Assembly (NCBI RefSeq): GCF_963676685.1
Contig: NC_092351.1
Span: 25,358,001 to 25,422,000, forward strand
Direction of reading: 5' to 3'
Origin: Mytilus edulis
Lineage: Eukaryota
Length of the DNA stretch: 64,000 bases
The translations under genes and the position numbers were made by a program. Below are positions 12,901 through 26,469 of the stretch, one piece after another. Every line of letters starts with the position of its first letter. Within the stretch, counting starts at the first letter, position 1. Below the pieces are notes generated by a model. It ran no database searches. It worked only from the letters and a program-made list of their open reading frames with translations, and was not told where the DNA came from.

Positions 12901-15900
12901 AATGAATAATTATTTATAAATCTTGAAATATATCTGCAAAAACACGCTTATCAAGTTAGCTTATTGTTGTATGAATGTTTATTACTGATAAGATCTGAAA
13001 ATGCATACAACAAATATATTTACTGACTCTTTCCATGATTCTCCTGCTAAATACACCAACAATGAAGTATAGTATTCGTAAGTTATTACTTCGGTACGGC
13101 GTACTACGGACATGTTTGAATAAAGGGCATACACCCACAAGCATGTTTAATCCCGCTGCATCATCTGCATGTGCCTGTCTTAAGTCATGTAATTCAGTTG
13201 TTATCGTTTGATGCTGTATATCATATTTGTTTTTCGTTCATTGACTTGTATCTATACTATTAAACGAGAAGACCTCATTTTGTGTGTCGCTTCTCTTCCT
13301 TCCACAATAAATTAATCATCATGCCTCTGTGACCTATAGGTACCATGTATTGTCGCATTTGTCATCCATTCTTATGATTATTCAGTTTATGTTATTTTGG
13401 GGAAAAAAACGAAAAAATCTGCGTCCGGATATTTTTCCGTCATTGGACGAAATTTTAAGTCAGACTAGACATCCGGTTTGCGTTTTTCTGTACTTTGTAC
13501 ATAACAAAGACTACGAATAACGTGTATTTGCTATCTGCTATCATTTTCAAGTTTACTATCCACGGCGGTCACTGAGTTTATTAAATAGAGAGAGTCTATA
13601 TATTGAAATCAATAGGGAAAAAATATAGGAGTTTTGGAGGAAAAAAAATAGGAGCCGGGCTAGAAAAACAATTGTCATGTCCCAATAACTTTTGATACCT
13701 TTTCTGAAATTCTTCAGTCATAAAATCTTTTACAAACATTCATCGGGTCACAAAGTATATTAAATATAGAGTGTCTATATAATATATCAATGACCGCCGT
13801 GGATTGATTATATATATAGTTAACTGAGAATTGATAGTAAAAAGCAAACACACTTTATTTATAGTAATGTATGTTTATAACATACTAAACGTATGTTTAT
13901 ATTGAAATAAATAGAAAACAAAAAATTGGAAATTTTGGGAAAAAAGGAGAAGGAGTTGAAAAACAATTGTCCCGCTGTCCCAAAGTACCTATAACTTTTA
14001 TTACGTGACCTTTCCTGGATATCTCCAGTCATTATTTTTTTTTATAGTAAAAAGCAAACACACTTTATTTATAGTAATGTATGTTTATAACATACTAAAC
14101 GTATGTTCATATTGGAATAAATAGAAAACAAAAAATTGGAAATTTTGGGAAAAAAGGAGAAGAGGTTGAAAAACAATTGTTCCGCTGTCCCCAAGTACCT
14201 ATAACTTTTATTACGTGACCTTTCCTGGAAATCTCCAGTCATTATTTTTTGATAGTAAAAAGCAAACACACTTTATTTATAGTAATGTATGTTTATAACA
14301 TACTAAACGTATGTTCATATTGAAATAAATAGAAAACAAAAAAATTGGAAAATTTTGGGACAAAAGGAGAAGGGGTTGAAAACAATTGTCACGCTGTCCC
14401 CAAGTACATGTACCTATAACTTTTATTCCATGACCTTTCCTGGAAATCTCCAGTCATTATTTTTTATACAAAAATTCAACACAACACTTTACATACTTTC
14501 AACCACGCTCTGGATGCCCGCGGTTGTGTTCTAGCATTTATCATCCTTGCTTAAAGTATTTCAGTTTGGGTCATTTTGGGAGGAAAACGAAAATATAGGT
14601 GTCCATATATTGTTTCCGTCATCGGACTGACTTTTGAGAAATATAATTTAAGACTTCCGCTGCCCTTTAGGCCTGTTTTGAAATAAAACATAATTTGCAT
14701 AAGTACTTGGGACAGAACAATTATTTTTTGCGTTTTTCTGTATACTATGATCATACATATACTATAGATAAAGTGTATTTGCTATTTATATATATTATCA
14801 ATTCCGATAGTTTTCTATCCTCGGCGGTCACTGAAATATTTCTGTATACTACATACATATATACTATGAATAAATTGTATAAATTTGCTATAATTTACTA
14901 TAAATTCCCCTGAATAGTTTACTGGGGTGACTTATAATATATCAGTGACCGTTTTATATAGTAATGTATGTTCATAGTATACAGAAAAACAGAAAGAATA
15001 AAAATCGGTATTTGAAAAAAAGGGGGAGGGCAAAAAAATGTGTCCAGTCCCCAAGTACCTTTGACAAAAACATCAGAAATGTACAGATTTTGTTATATTG
15101 ATGGTCTATCTAAAATTTCATAATTAAAACAATTGTCCTCAAAATTGTTATTGACTCCCTTACACATGAAGTCTATTGCTGTCTGATTTTTTAAAGAAAT
15201 TTAACTAGATAAACTTACGGAAATATAATTAGGAATACACTTTACATTCATAAACAAAAAAAATAAGTTTCTATAGGTATAAGAATGTATAGACTAAACT
15301 TTGTCAGATGAAAAGGTCCAATTTGGACGGCAAATTTCAGCTTTTTATTGCTCCGCTTGGCTATGAAAAATATAAAATAAACTATCGCACCAACCTTGCA
15401 CCAAAAAGATTTTTTATCCGAAGTTTGATATGTATGAACTTGTCAAAATGTTAAAATTTCTAATTGGTGCAAGCATGGTGCGGTGGTCAAAATTTAGAAA
15501 AACCATCAAATTTTCGGTATTTTTGCTTATTTTCCCAATTATGACGTCATTTGCACCTACCATTGTGACGTCATTGAACCTTTTTTAGTTAAATAAAAAC
15601 ATTTTTTTAAAATCATTTTCTCATATTCTAATAATTTATGGAGAAAAATCTGCTCTGTTAGAATTTTCATTATCTTGTAAATCTGGGGCCATTTTAGGCC
15701 ATTAAAGCCCCTACTCCTTTGATATATATTAAGTATAATGTATATCGACTATCATTATAATAAATATACTATGCTCTTGATTGTAATATATGTAATGCTA
15801 TTTCAACAGTATGGCTACACTTGGTGTAAAAAGCTGGCTGCAGAGCAGTTGAATGAACTTTCTGATGCTATGTCACAACCTGTAGCAGATCCTGGTGTGA

Positions 15901-18900
15901 AACCTGCTTCACGATTGGTAAGATGGTAATATACTTACTTGAGATAGTTGTTTGAACTACTTGATGATTTTTGTTACTGTTCCGGACCATATGAGTATTT
16001 GGACCATACGCGTATGGTCATGACCATATGGGTATATACTCATATGGTCCGACCATACGCGTATGGTCGGACCATACGCGTATGGTCGGGGTAATTAACA
16101 CTCTGTTACAGTTTACTTTTAATACTTCTAAACTCTTAATATGGTATGACCGTTCATTCAAAAGACGCTATTATATAGGTAATTTTATCGTTATATTATA
16201 ATAAAAAGATAAGCTAAATAAAAATAAGAAGTTTCACATTGTTAATTTAACTTAATTGTCAAATTTAAAGTAAACACATTTTATACCGATGGTCATTACC
16301 GATGGGATGGTCATAACCGATTTGTTATTACGAGTAAATGGCAATATGTCGACTAAAAAATTAAATTCCAAAAATTTCTTAATGAACTGTTACATAAGAA
16401 GTCACTGGAAAGTAGCATACTATTAGTTTATTTAAGTTGTGTTGTGAAGATGGTGTATTGCAGTCAACCATTTTACGATATTTGAGATCTAAAGCTTCTT
16501 AAAAACACTGTAGACATCAGAATTGCCAAAGACCTCGGTATCACTGTACGCAGCTGCAAAAAAGGCTTGTTTTTCACTCGCAAACAAAATGTGTAAATGA
16601 AAAAGATCGTGCACAAAACTTGCAAATGCAAAAAAGCTATGATACCGTGTGGAAGTGAATGTCATCCAAGCCTACATGCACTAATGTAACTAGCGATGAA
16701 AACTAACTATGGCATCAATATTAAATTTTTACGTAGTTTTTTTTATTATAAAATTAAAAAATTGTCATGTTTTAAACCATCACTGTTTTTTTTAGATAAA
16801 GTTCTTGTATTATTGAAACGTTTATAATGTAATTTGGAAAAATAAATATACCTATATGGTCCAAATACTCATATGGTCCGGCCCGTTAATAACTAAACGA
16901 GTATTATACTCATATGGTCCGACCATACGCGTACGGTCGGACCATACGCGTATGGTCGGACCATATGAGTATACGCATATGGTCATGACCATACGCGTAT
17001 GGTCCAAATACTCATATGGTCCGGAACATTACCACTACTTCCTTGTATTTCAGAGATGTAATTTTTCAAAAGAAATTGATCTGCAAAATAGAGTTAATAT
17101 TATCAAGTATTTAGTACATATTTCTACATATTGATTACGACATAGGTTGCCGTTGCTTGTATTGTTAAAAATATCAAAGACAACGTATACTATACGTCTT
17201 TCATTTACAGACTGAAATAATGTATAATCTAGAAACGTGATCGCATGCAAAGTTTAATTGGTTTAGGAAACTCCCTTGGTTTAGAATGAAATGTATTTTT
17301 ATTTTTTTTTTATATTTCCAGTCGTAAAAGATCACTAAAGAGGGGAATTGATTTGATGTAAATAAAAAATATTGTGTTTATTTCTAGTGCAAGAAATGTG
17401 TACAATGTTTATAACTTGCAGAGTAACACAGTAGCAAAAACCCCAAGAACAGGAAGACTGTCGTCCAATCTAGTTTTACAACAAGCCAGAGATTTTAGGA
17501 AGCAGATGGCTGTCTCATCAGTTGATGCTGTGGTAGATGTATGTTGAATAACTAAATAACAATCGGAATCTTGATAAAAACTTATTTTCTGTAACACTGT
17601 TGACTTTTTCACAACATTTCAAAGTTTTCCTGCGTGACTGGCCTGTTACATGGAAAAATATCGAAAATTAGATATAGTTTGGGCCTAGACGACTTTTCCT
17701 TTCAGAAATTATTGAAACTAGGCGGTTACGTATACTGAATATTTTCTGAAACTAATTGAAAGAACATTAAACTGCACGAGGAAAACTGTTACCTACTTTG
17801 TTCCTTTTATGATATTTTTTTACTGTTTGTTTATTATCTAACCAGTAACTTATATCTCGTACTTGATGACTGGTGTACCCTTCTTTTGACAAATTACTTA
17901 TTATAAAATTGAGAATGGAAATGGGGAATGTGTCAAAGAGACAACAACCCAACTATAGAACAGACTACAACAGAAGGTCATCAATAGGTCTTCAATACAG
18001 CGAGAAATTCCCGCACCCGGAGGCGTCCTTCAGTTGGCCCCTAAACAAAGATATATATACTAGTTCAGTGATAATGAACGCCATACTAAACTCCAAATTG
18101 TACACAAGAAAGTAAAAAAATTAAAATTAAAAATGATACAAGACTAACAAAGGCCAGAGGCTCCTGGCTTGGGACATGCGCAAAAATGTGGCGGGGTTAA
18201 ACATGTTTATGAGATCTCAACCCTCCCCTATACCTCTAGCCAATGTAGAAAAGTAAACGCATAACAATACGCACATTAAAATTTAGTTCAAGAGAAGTCA
18301 AAGTCTGATGTCAGAAGATGTAACCAAAGAAAATAAACAAAATGACAATAAATACATAAATAACAACAAATACTAGAAGTTAACTGACATGCCAGCTCCA
18401 GACTTCAATTTAACTGATTGAAAGATTATGTCTGTTTTATTTACGAATCGTTGTCAATATAATGGAATTTGATGCGACTATCATACAAGTGAGAAGTCAA
18501 GCGCTATAAACCAGGTTCAATCCACCATTTTTTACATCAGAAAATGCCTGTACCAAGTCAGGAATATGACATATGTTGTCCATTTGTTTGATGTGTTTTA
18601 TCTTTTGAGTTTGCCATTTGATTAGGGACTTTCCGTTTTGAATTTTCCTCGGAGAACAGTTTGTTTATGATTTTACTTTTTGTTAATCGTATTATAACCA
18701 TTAATTTATAAAAGTAGCTTTATTTTATTGCAGCGGTTTAAAATTGAAGTGATAAAAGACGAGCTTGGTATGGATACCCAACAATTGTCACCTACAGTGA
18801 TCAAGTTTATCCACAAAGCAGCTGAGTTATTGTGGTACATGTGTATACTTGATCCTCCAATGTACATTGCCTGGCCTGAATATAACGAACCATTTGATAC

Positions 18901-19024
18901 AACAAAATATATATTTTATAAACAGAAAGATAAAGGACGGAAAGTAAAGGTTCCTGTCTGGCCAGCTCTTTACCTACAAGAGAAGGGACAGCTTATAACA
19001 AAAGGTTTTGCAAAAGGATACTGA
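9738..19024 (+). CDS. Gene B: MIEAP-like domain protein, 446 aa; join(9738..9929,10613..10810,11287..11525,11808..12003,15810..15917,17422..17538,18734..19024)
   Basis: Seven GT-AG exons total 1341 nt in one frame (phases 0,0,2,0,0,0); exon-by-exon similarity to A and C; C-terminal WYMCILDPPM...VWPALYLQEKGQLITKGFA. Confidence 0.9.
10613..10810 (+). CDS. Gene B coding exon 2
   Basis: tttcag acceptor, gtgagt donor, 66 codons. Confidence 0.85.
11287..11525 (+). CDS. Gene B coding exon 3 (S/P/Q-rich linker plus coiled coil)
   Basis: ttgcag acceptor, AG|gtagta donor, phase 2. Confidence 0.85.
11808..12003 (+). CDS. Gene B coding exon 4
   Basis: aaag|G acceptor, gtaagt donor; SPTKIADKFKNLYEVEW. 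Confidence 0.8.
12085..13250. repeat. Diverged ~320-bp direct duplication in gene B intron 4 (about 12085-12400 and 12925-13250)
   Basis: Shared blocks agatctgaaaatg...gctaaatacaccaac...gttattacttcggtac...gcatgtgcctgtcttaagtcatgt. Confidence 0.75.
13251..14534 (+). mobile_element. Non-autonomous Helitron-like element with internal ~210-bp tandem repeats
   Basis: 5' A|TCTATACTAT, 3' imperfect hairpin then CTAG; three units starting atagtaaaaagcaaacacac at about 13834, 14044 and 14252; related sequence continues to about 15060. Confidence 0.65.
15810..15917 (+). CDS. Gene B coding exon 5
   Basis: caacag acceptor, gtaaga donor; YGYTWCKKLAAEQLNEL. Confidence 0.85.
15978..17028. mobile_element. 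Non-autonomous DNA transposon, TGT...ACA termini, 4-bp TSD (Ginger-like)
   Basis: TIRs of about 110 bp (tgttccggaccatatgagtatttgg...); ttac on both flanks; arms built from the palindrome gaccatacgcgtatggtc. Confidence 0.85.
17422..17538 (+). CDS. Gene B coding exon 6
   Basis: ttgcag acceptor, gtatgt donor; QQARDFRKQMAVSSVDAVVD. Confidence 0.8.
17903..18425 (-). mobile_element. SINE-like repeat, longest copy of the family in this window
   Basis: Similar to 6487-6742 and, inverted, 19490-19870. Confidence 0.7.
18734..19024 (+). CDS. Gene B last exon: MIEAP-like C-terminal domain
   Basis: ttgcag acceptor; within ORF 18728-19024; TGA stop. Confidence 0.9.
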   Translation, partial: RFKIEVIKDELGMDTQQLSPTVIKFIHKAAELLWYMCILDPPMYIAWPEYNEPFDTTKYIFYKQKDKGRKVKVPVWPALYLQEKGQLITKGFAKGY

Positions 19025-19489
19025 ATTTTATCATATATATTTGTTTAATAAGATCAGGGCGACTGTTTCTGCATATGTCGTGTTGATTTTGAATTAATTA
19101 CCATGTTATTGCTTTTAATGGTTGACATTAATTACTTTTTACTGGTTATATTACAATTCCATAAAATTATTTTACAAGATTATAGGTGTTATTTCCGCTA
19201 TGCATTGGTTTCCTAGTAAAACAAATACAAAGCAAAGCATTGTACAGCCGACTTGTTTTACTGTATTTTGTTACCAATCAGGTGCTTTCTTGAATAAAGA
19301 TGTAGAGTTGGAGGGTTATTTAGCGAAGAAGGCTAATAACTTGTAAAAGATATACATGTCGTTATTTTGAAATGATGGTATTTCAGATGATATGGTTTTA
19401 TTTAGCTTAATAATAAGACCAAATATTATAGCGATAGTAGCATTTTTCTGAATTTATCATTCATTTTGTTGACCTTAATATAACTTCTT

Positions 19490-19870
19490 TTGAACTGAGT
19501 TTTACTGTGTGGTTGTTTTTACGACATTGGCTAGAGGTGTAGTGGGAGGTATTAGGTCTCAAAAACATTTTTTAACCCTGCCGCATTTTTACGCCTATCC
19601 CAAGTCAGGAGCCTCTGGCTTTTGTTAGTCTTGTATGATTTTTAATTTTAGTTCATTTATATATTTCGGAGTTTAGTATCATGACGTTCATTATCCCTGC
19701 ACTAGTACACATTTTTGTTTAGGGGCAAACTGAAGCAAACCTCCGTGCGTGCGATTTTTCTCGCTGTATTGAAGACTCATTGGTGGACTTCGAAGTTGTT
19801 TTCTGCTTTTTGTTTGGTTTGTTGTCTCTTTGACACATTCAGTCACCATTTCCATTCTCAATTTTATTTT
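19490..19870 (+). mobile_element. SINE-like repeat (same family, opposite orientation)
   Basis: Reverse-complement match to about 17903-18270. Confidence 0.7.
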
Positions 19871-20067
19871 GTATCTTTTATAATGCATTTTGTTAATGAG
19901 GTCAAGGGCAATGGACATGTGACAGACGGTAACTTCGTAACATATGGCATCTATATACAAAGTATGAAGCATCCAGGTCTTCCACCTTCAAAAATATAAA
20001 GCTAAAAACGAAATTAGTAAACTCCGCCACTGCCGCCGAATCACTATCCCTATGTCAAGCTTTCTGT

Positions 20068-20428
20068 ATAGAAAAAAACTTATCTTAATAAAGAAAAACC
20101 TCATCATAATAGAGAAAACCTCATCATAATAAAGAAAACCTCATCATGATAAAGAAAAACCTCATCCTAATAAAGAAAAACCTCATCCTGATAAAGAAAA
20201 ACCTCATCCTAATAAAGAAAAACCTCATCCTGATAAAGAAAAACCTCATCATGATAAAGAAAAACCTCATCCTAATAAAGAAAAACCTCATCATGATAAA
20301 GAAAAACCTCAGCATGATAAAGAAAAACCTCATCATGATAGAGAAAAACCTCATCATGATAAAGAAAAACCTCATCATGATAAAGAAAAACCTCATCATG
20401 ATAAAGAAAAACCTCATCCTGATAAAGA
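20068..20428. repeat. 21-bp minisatellite (ataaagaaaaacctcatcatg)n
   Basis: About 17 near-identical tandem units; source of the spurious heptad ORFs. Confidence 0.95.
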
Positions 20429-20807
20429 AGGAAGTACCATAAGGCAGTTACGGCGTTCCATAAAAGACCAGGACGATAATGGTTGTTTAGGCCAAAGCTT
20501 TTTTTCTTAACCACAGAACATCTGAAAATGGTTTAATGTTAGATCTGTCTTGTACATTCATTTAACTAGCAACGACTACAATTTTGATAATAAACTCAAT
20601 AAGTATGCTAATTTTACAGCTTTAATATATCTATACCTCAGATTCTGGTCAAACTGTTAAACAGAAAATTTATACATGTATATACATGGCAAAATCAACA
20701 TCATTGCTCCATAGCAACTAAATTTGCTCATAGCTAAGACTATTTATTATTTGTTAAAAAAATAGTATTGTAAAAAGTTTTTAAACTCCGAAAATAAATT
20801 TCTATAA

Positions 20808-21545
20808 AGAGCCTGTGCCGCTCACCTGGGTCTATGTGCAAATTAAAAAAAGGACACAGATGGATTCATGACAAAATTGTGTTTTGATGATGGTGATGTG
20901 TTAGTAGATTTTACTTTACTACTTACAATATTCTCTATCTATATAGACTTGGCCCTTTTAAATACAGAGGAAAAAATTACCAAATTAATGAAAAATGTTA
21001 AAAATTGACTATAAAGGGCAATAACTCCTCAAGGGGTCATCCGACCATTGTGGTCATGTTGACTTATAATAAGATCTCATTTTGCTGAACATTATTGCTG
21101 TTTACAGTTTATCTCTATCTTACAATAATATTCAAGATAACAAAAAACAGCAAAATTACCTTAAAACTACCAATTCAGGGGCAGCAACCCAACAACGGGA
21201 TGTCCGATTCATCTGAAAATTTCAGGGCATATAGATGTTGACCTGATTTTACACCTGTCAGATTTGCTTTAAATGCTTTGGTTTTTGAGTTATAAGCCAA
21301 AAACTGCATTTTACCCCTATGTTCTAATTTTAGCCATGGCGGCCATTATGTTGGTTGGTCGGGTCACCAGACACATTTTTTAAACTAGATACCCCAATGA
21401 TGATTGTGGCCAAGTTTGGTTTAATTTGGCTCAGTAGTTTCAGAGGAGAAATTTTTTGTAAAAGTTAACGACGACGGACGACGGACGACGGACGCAAAGT
21501 GATGAGAAAAGCTCACTTGGCCCTTCGGGCCAGGTGAGCTTAAAA
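20808..21545. mobile_element. Helentron/HINE (DINE-1-like) non-autonomous element
   Basis: Subterminal IR gctcacctgg / ccaggtgagc, (gacg)n microsatellite, terminal hairpin cttggcccttcgggccagg; second copy at 47960-48650. Confidence 0.75.
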
Positions 21546-21559
21546 GCTATGTCGCCGAT

Positions 21560-21760
21560 AAAAAATTGAAGTTTATTAAAGCGAGCAACTCTGAGAAAAA
21601 CACGCCGGTTCCTGCATTAAAAAGTAAATCGTGCAAAACAGAAAGGAAACGTTCTCGAATATCAATATTTGCTTGGCATTCCAACAGAAAATGTAAAACG
21701 GATTCTTCAGTGCAACACGTTTGACATGCATTACTATCTTTCAATATAATGCGGAATAAA
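21560..21760 (-). mobile_element. Degenerate LINE ORF2 C-terminal fragment
   Basis: CQTCCTEESVLHFLLECQANIDIRERFL resembles the CCHC motif at the end of non-LTR ORF2. Confidence 0.5.
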
Positions 21761-22734
21761 ACAGCAACCAAGGGAAGACAATTCGTTCTAGCCAAAAGAC
21801 GAGAGGCCCAAAAACCATCTAAATTTGACAAATACGATTATGTAATCGTTCATTAGATGAACACAACATAAATATATTTATTCTTTTTACTGATTGTGTG
21901 TCTCGTGTTGGAATGATTTCTTAAAGTTTTCTCATGCAACTTGCTTGAGGTGTATACTCTTATAGTTACATGCATGACATTATAATTCTCGTATGTGAAC
22001 TACTTTACTTTCTCTCTTTCTCTCTACGAATATTTGACTATCCAAACCACTATCTGACCGAATTATGAAATAATTGACCTCGTCAATGTCTTCGTACATT
22101 ACTTCTACTTAAAAAGTTGATTGGTACCATACGGCTTAAAGCCTTTGACCAATGAGTAAAACACATACCGTACAGTCGGCAATAAAATGCCCCAACACGA
22201 AAAAATATTTTCAAACGAAACCACCAATAGCCTGATATATGTACACATAATAAAAAAATAATAAACGAAGAACATATTAATAACAGACATCAAGCACGAC
22301 AAAAACTCAATAACAGGCTCCTGACTTTGGGACAGACCCATACCTAATTTAGCCGAATTAAACATGTTTGTGAGCGGTAACATCCCCCTATCTTGCCCAC
22401 TAACATAGTTCATATGTAATCGTCATTAATATGCAACCTGATATTCAGTAGTAGTCGTTTGTTGATATGGTTCATAAGTGTTTCTCGTTTCTCGGTTTTA
22501 TATAGAGTAGACCGTTGGATTTCTCGTTTGAATAGTTTCTACACTAGTATTTTTTGGGGCCTTTAATTTTTAGCTGTTTGGTGTGAGCCAAGGATCCGTG
22601 TTGAAGACCGTATTTTGACCTTTAATGGTTTTTCTTTTACAAATTGTGACTTGGATGTAGAGTTGTCTCATTTTCACTCATACCACATCCGCTATGGATT
22701 TTTTTTCTGGACAAACTTTTTTTTTTCGCCTTCG

Positions 22735-25700
22735 CACGGTGGGTATGGTTGTCCTGCGAGAGAACGTACTGTGCTGGTGATTCGGTCCTGACGGGTGCTG
22801 GTGATCAATGAAAAAATGTAAACAAAGACGAAAATGATGATTTTTGACGTTTTCACTCATAAAAAATGGAAGAAAACAGTTGAGATTTTTCAATTTCGTT
22901 TCTTATGGGTTCATATAAAAAAAATTAAAAAATTGACCCTCTAAACTGTTTCAGTAAGCGTAACACAAAAATGCTCATTTTCAGAAAATCTCGAACTGAA
23001 AAAATAAAACAAAAATGCTCATAGAGTCCGCTTTCTATACCGCAATCCACACGACAAAACAATTTTGTGAAAAAACATTGCAATTTCTTAAAATTTAGCA
23101 TTTTCTCAATTTATTCATGTCCTGATACTGTGCTGGTGGGTCCTGTCATTGTGCTGGTGGGTCCTGATACGGTGCTGGTGATTTTGGATAAGAAGTTGGT
23201 CATATTTGAAACAAATGTTACAAAATCAATAAAATTGGGCAGATAATTGTTGCCAACAGGATCTATGACTCCTATTTTAGCTCTTGTGCATCCATTTGGC
23301 TGTTTAATATGTGTTTTCAAATGATCTTAACTTGTATTACATAATAACATAAAAGGGCAACATCTTTCGTCCAATATCAGATAACAATATATAGTATCTA
23401 AAATAAGTTAAAAATTCCACAATACTATATAATTCATTTTATGTGTCAATTTGTTCGAAAAAAGTCGAAAAGAAGAGAGTTTAAGTTAATGTCATGATTA
23501 TCTGTCGCTTTCTAGATCTATGCTTAGCATTTATTTCAGATGACATGGACTCCTCACCCTGATGACCCTGCTGCCTTTTATAACTTCATCCGTATACATA
23601 TATTAATAGATAAACGAAAGACTGCAACTGGTATTTTTGTATTTAAAATGATTCGTTGTAACGAGAATATTTGTGGTGAATGGAAACTGTGAGGGTCAAA
23701 ATCTTAAATTGCTTATAAATGTTGCTGGACCTAGTTTCGTTATCTGATCCGAATTTTCTGAAATGTGCAAGGTAGATAGACATTTTGATTTGTTTACTCG
23801 GTAATGAACCCTTGTGTTGATCCCATGCTAAACATAACAAAAATCTCTGTACAAAGGTCTGTGAATTTTCTACAAAAATAATGATTTTATTTTCACTAAA
23901 TTCTCTTTTTTCTACTAAATACAATAATGAACTATAATAAATAATAATGCTTTGCAAGAAGTTTCCCCTTGATATATGCACATTTCGTAATTGACATTGT
24001 CATAAACCGTACACGAAAAGATAAAATATTGATATAAGTACTTAATTTGCATCTTTGAACCCCCACCCCGGCTTGTTTTTTAGGAGCCTGGGGTGTCTAA
24101 AAATGGTCGATTACAGACAGCCGAGTACGCATTTTACTTTCCAGGCGTGTTTATGTTTTTTTAAATATAAATTAAGGCTACATTTTAATATAATGATTCT
24201 ATGAATTCACAATATAAAAAAAATGCAGAAAAAAAATGAATGAAGTGAAATATCTTAGTAAGGAGTCATAACTACAGAGATGGTGTGTTTGACACACAAA
24301 ACTTAAAAGCTTAGTGATATTAAGAATATTAAAATAAAAGTGTATTTTAGTTGGGTATTTTTTCCATTTACTCATTTTCAATTATAATCAAGGCACATTT
24401 GATTTTTATTCATGAAAAATATTTAAATATAGAAAAGTAGGACACATTGTTCACTTCCTCCCCCGTAATTCTTTATCAAAAATATTTATTTTGAAATGAA
24501 AAAGCTAAGAAATCTTAGGTTTTTTAGTGTTTTCTAGGTTATCTCGTCTTCATTCTCTGCCATATTTTGGCTTGCCCTTTCATAAAATAGTGATTTTTTT
24601 AGTGTTTTATCGAATTTTCGAAAAACAAATACCTGATAACCGCTTAGACAAAAAAAAATATGTTGGAAAAATCTTACAGCAAGTGATTCTTAATAGCTAT
24701 AGCCTCGGTCACACCTTACCGGATAGCTCGAACGGACGACTAACGGATAAAAAAAAGTTATCCGTTGACAAAATTTGTATCTGTTGGGAGTCCGTTGGTG
24801 TACTAACGAACATGTAACGAATGCCAAACGGACACACAACGGACACTGAACGTACGTGAAACGGGTACGTACCGGACAGAATGGACGTCGAACGTACATC
24901 CAACGGACGAGTACCGGATAAAACAGACACCTAATGGAAGCGTAACGGATAAAACGGATGAACAAAATAATCTGAAAATTAAAGGCAATAAACCATCTAA
25001 AAATTAAAGGCAATAAACCATGAGAAATTTCAATTGGCATTTGTCCATTTTACATCCGGTAGTCATCCGTTTTATCCGTTATCCTTCCGTTAATATCCGT
25101 TTTACATCCGTTTTATCCGTTAGGCGTCCGGTAGACATCCGTTGGTGAATTGGTCTACCGGATCTCCAACGGATGCATAACGGATACGTAACGGATACAA
25201 AACGGACGAGTACCGTACAAAACGGATGCCTAACGGACGTTCAACGGACATTTTATCCGTTGGACGTCCGTTCAAAGTTTGAACATGCTCAAAATTTTCC
25301 ACCGGACAGAACGGACGTCAACGGATAAAACGGAAGCTTAACGGACATGCAACGGATATGGACGGACGCCTAACGAATAAGAACGGACGTCCAACGGACA
25401 TGAACGGATTGAGAAAAAGTTATCCGTTAGGCGTCCGTTCGAGCTATCCGGTAAGGTGTGACCAAGGCTAATATAAGATACATTTTTCTTTTACAATCCA
25501 CCTTTAAAATTTTACGGGAAACTATTCCAAGCTTTCACTGTAACCTCGCTCTAACTTATCCCCCTCCCTTCCCCCACCCTCCCCCCCAAAAAAACACCAA
25601 ACAAACAAACCCGCAATACTATTGTCATTCGTATAGTCAACACTCAATTGTTCACAAACAAATGTGTTTTAAGCTGCTAAAGACATGATTCAAACGCTCA

Positions 25701-26469
25701 GAAAGTCCTTTGTTCTATATTTATGCAAAACCTTTCACATTTTTATTTTATGGGTTATTGTTGAAGGTCGTACGATGACGTATGGTTGTTAACACATACT
25801 TCCTTTGGTTTCTTATGGAAATTTGTCCATTGACAACAAACATACCACATCATCTACATTATATTAAGTATTGTATAAATTACAACGTATTTTGGTGATC
25901 TTGCAAAATGATCGTATTACTAATCCCGAAAATCGTAAACATATTTTCTTATCTTTAAAGGGGGCAAGAAGGGTTCCATTAACAGGCCAATAAATAAGAT
26001 TACAGTTAATTTCAATTTTTTTTTTAAATAGGGGTATTTTTTCTCTCATAATAACAGTAAACAGATTCACAACAATGTCAATTTCAAGAAAGCAGACAAC
26101 AGCTAATTAGTCAACAACAGTACAGCATCAATGCTCTTGAATATATGCCACTTTTAACTAAAATATAAAAGCACAGAACCAGGACATAGGAGAACAGAAC
26201 CAGGACCGTTTTTCTTATCACCAGCACAGCGTCAGGACAATTCCGTTTAACGAACTTGCACGACTTTTGCAATATAATATTGTTGTAATATACTTTGCAT
26301 GGTACTTATGACACATCAGAGAAAAATTAAGCAACAAAACAGTCGTTTTATTGCCGTTCTGATACAATGTAAACAAACCCACCAGCACAGAATCAGGACC
26401 CACCAGCACCCGTCAGGACCAAATCACCAGCACAGTACGTTCTCTCGCAGGACAACCATACCCACCGTG
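22735..26469. mobile_element. Non-autonomous Transib/RAG-like DNA transposon (CACGGTG termini, ~70-bp TIRs, 5-bp TSD CTTCG)
   Basis: 22735-22804 is the near-perfect reverse complement of 26400-26469; cttcg at 22730-22734 and 26470-26474; subterminal gtgctggtg repeats at both ends. Confidence 0.75.
24701..25469. mobile_element. MITE with ~50-bp TIRs and internal aacgga repeats (possibly PIF/Harbinger), nested in the Transib-like element
   Basis: agcctcggtcacaccttaccggatagctcgaacggacg ... cgtccgttcgagctatccggtaaggtgtgaccaaggct. Confidence 0.85.

Noticed and set aside
20124-20514. Heptad-repeat ORFs (MIKKNLI)n and similar
   Set aside because: Artefacts of the 21-bp tandem repeat.
25864-26070. 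- strand ORF near the right TIR as a RAG2-like remnant
   Set aside because: No kelch GG or PHD motifs recognisable.
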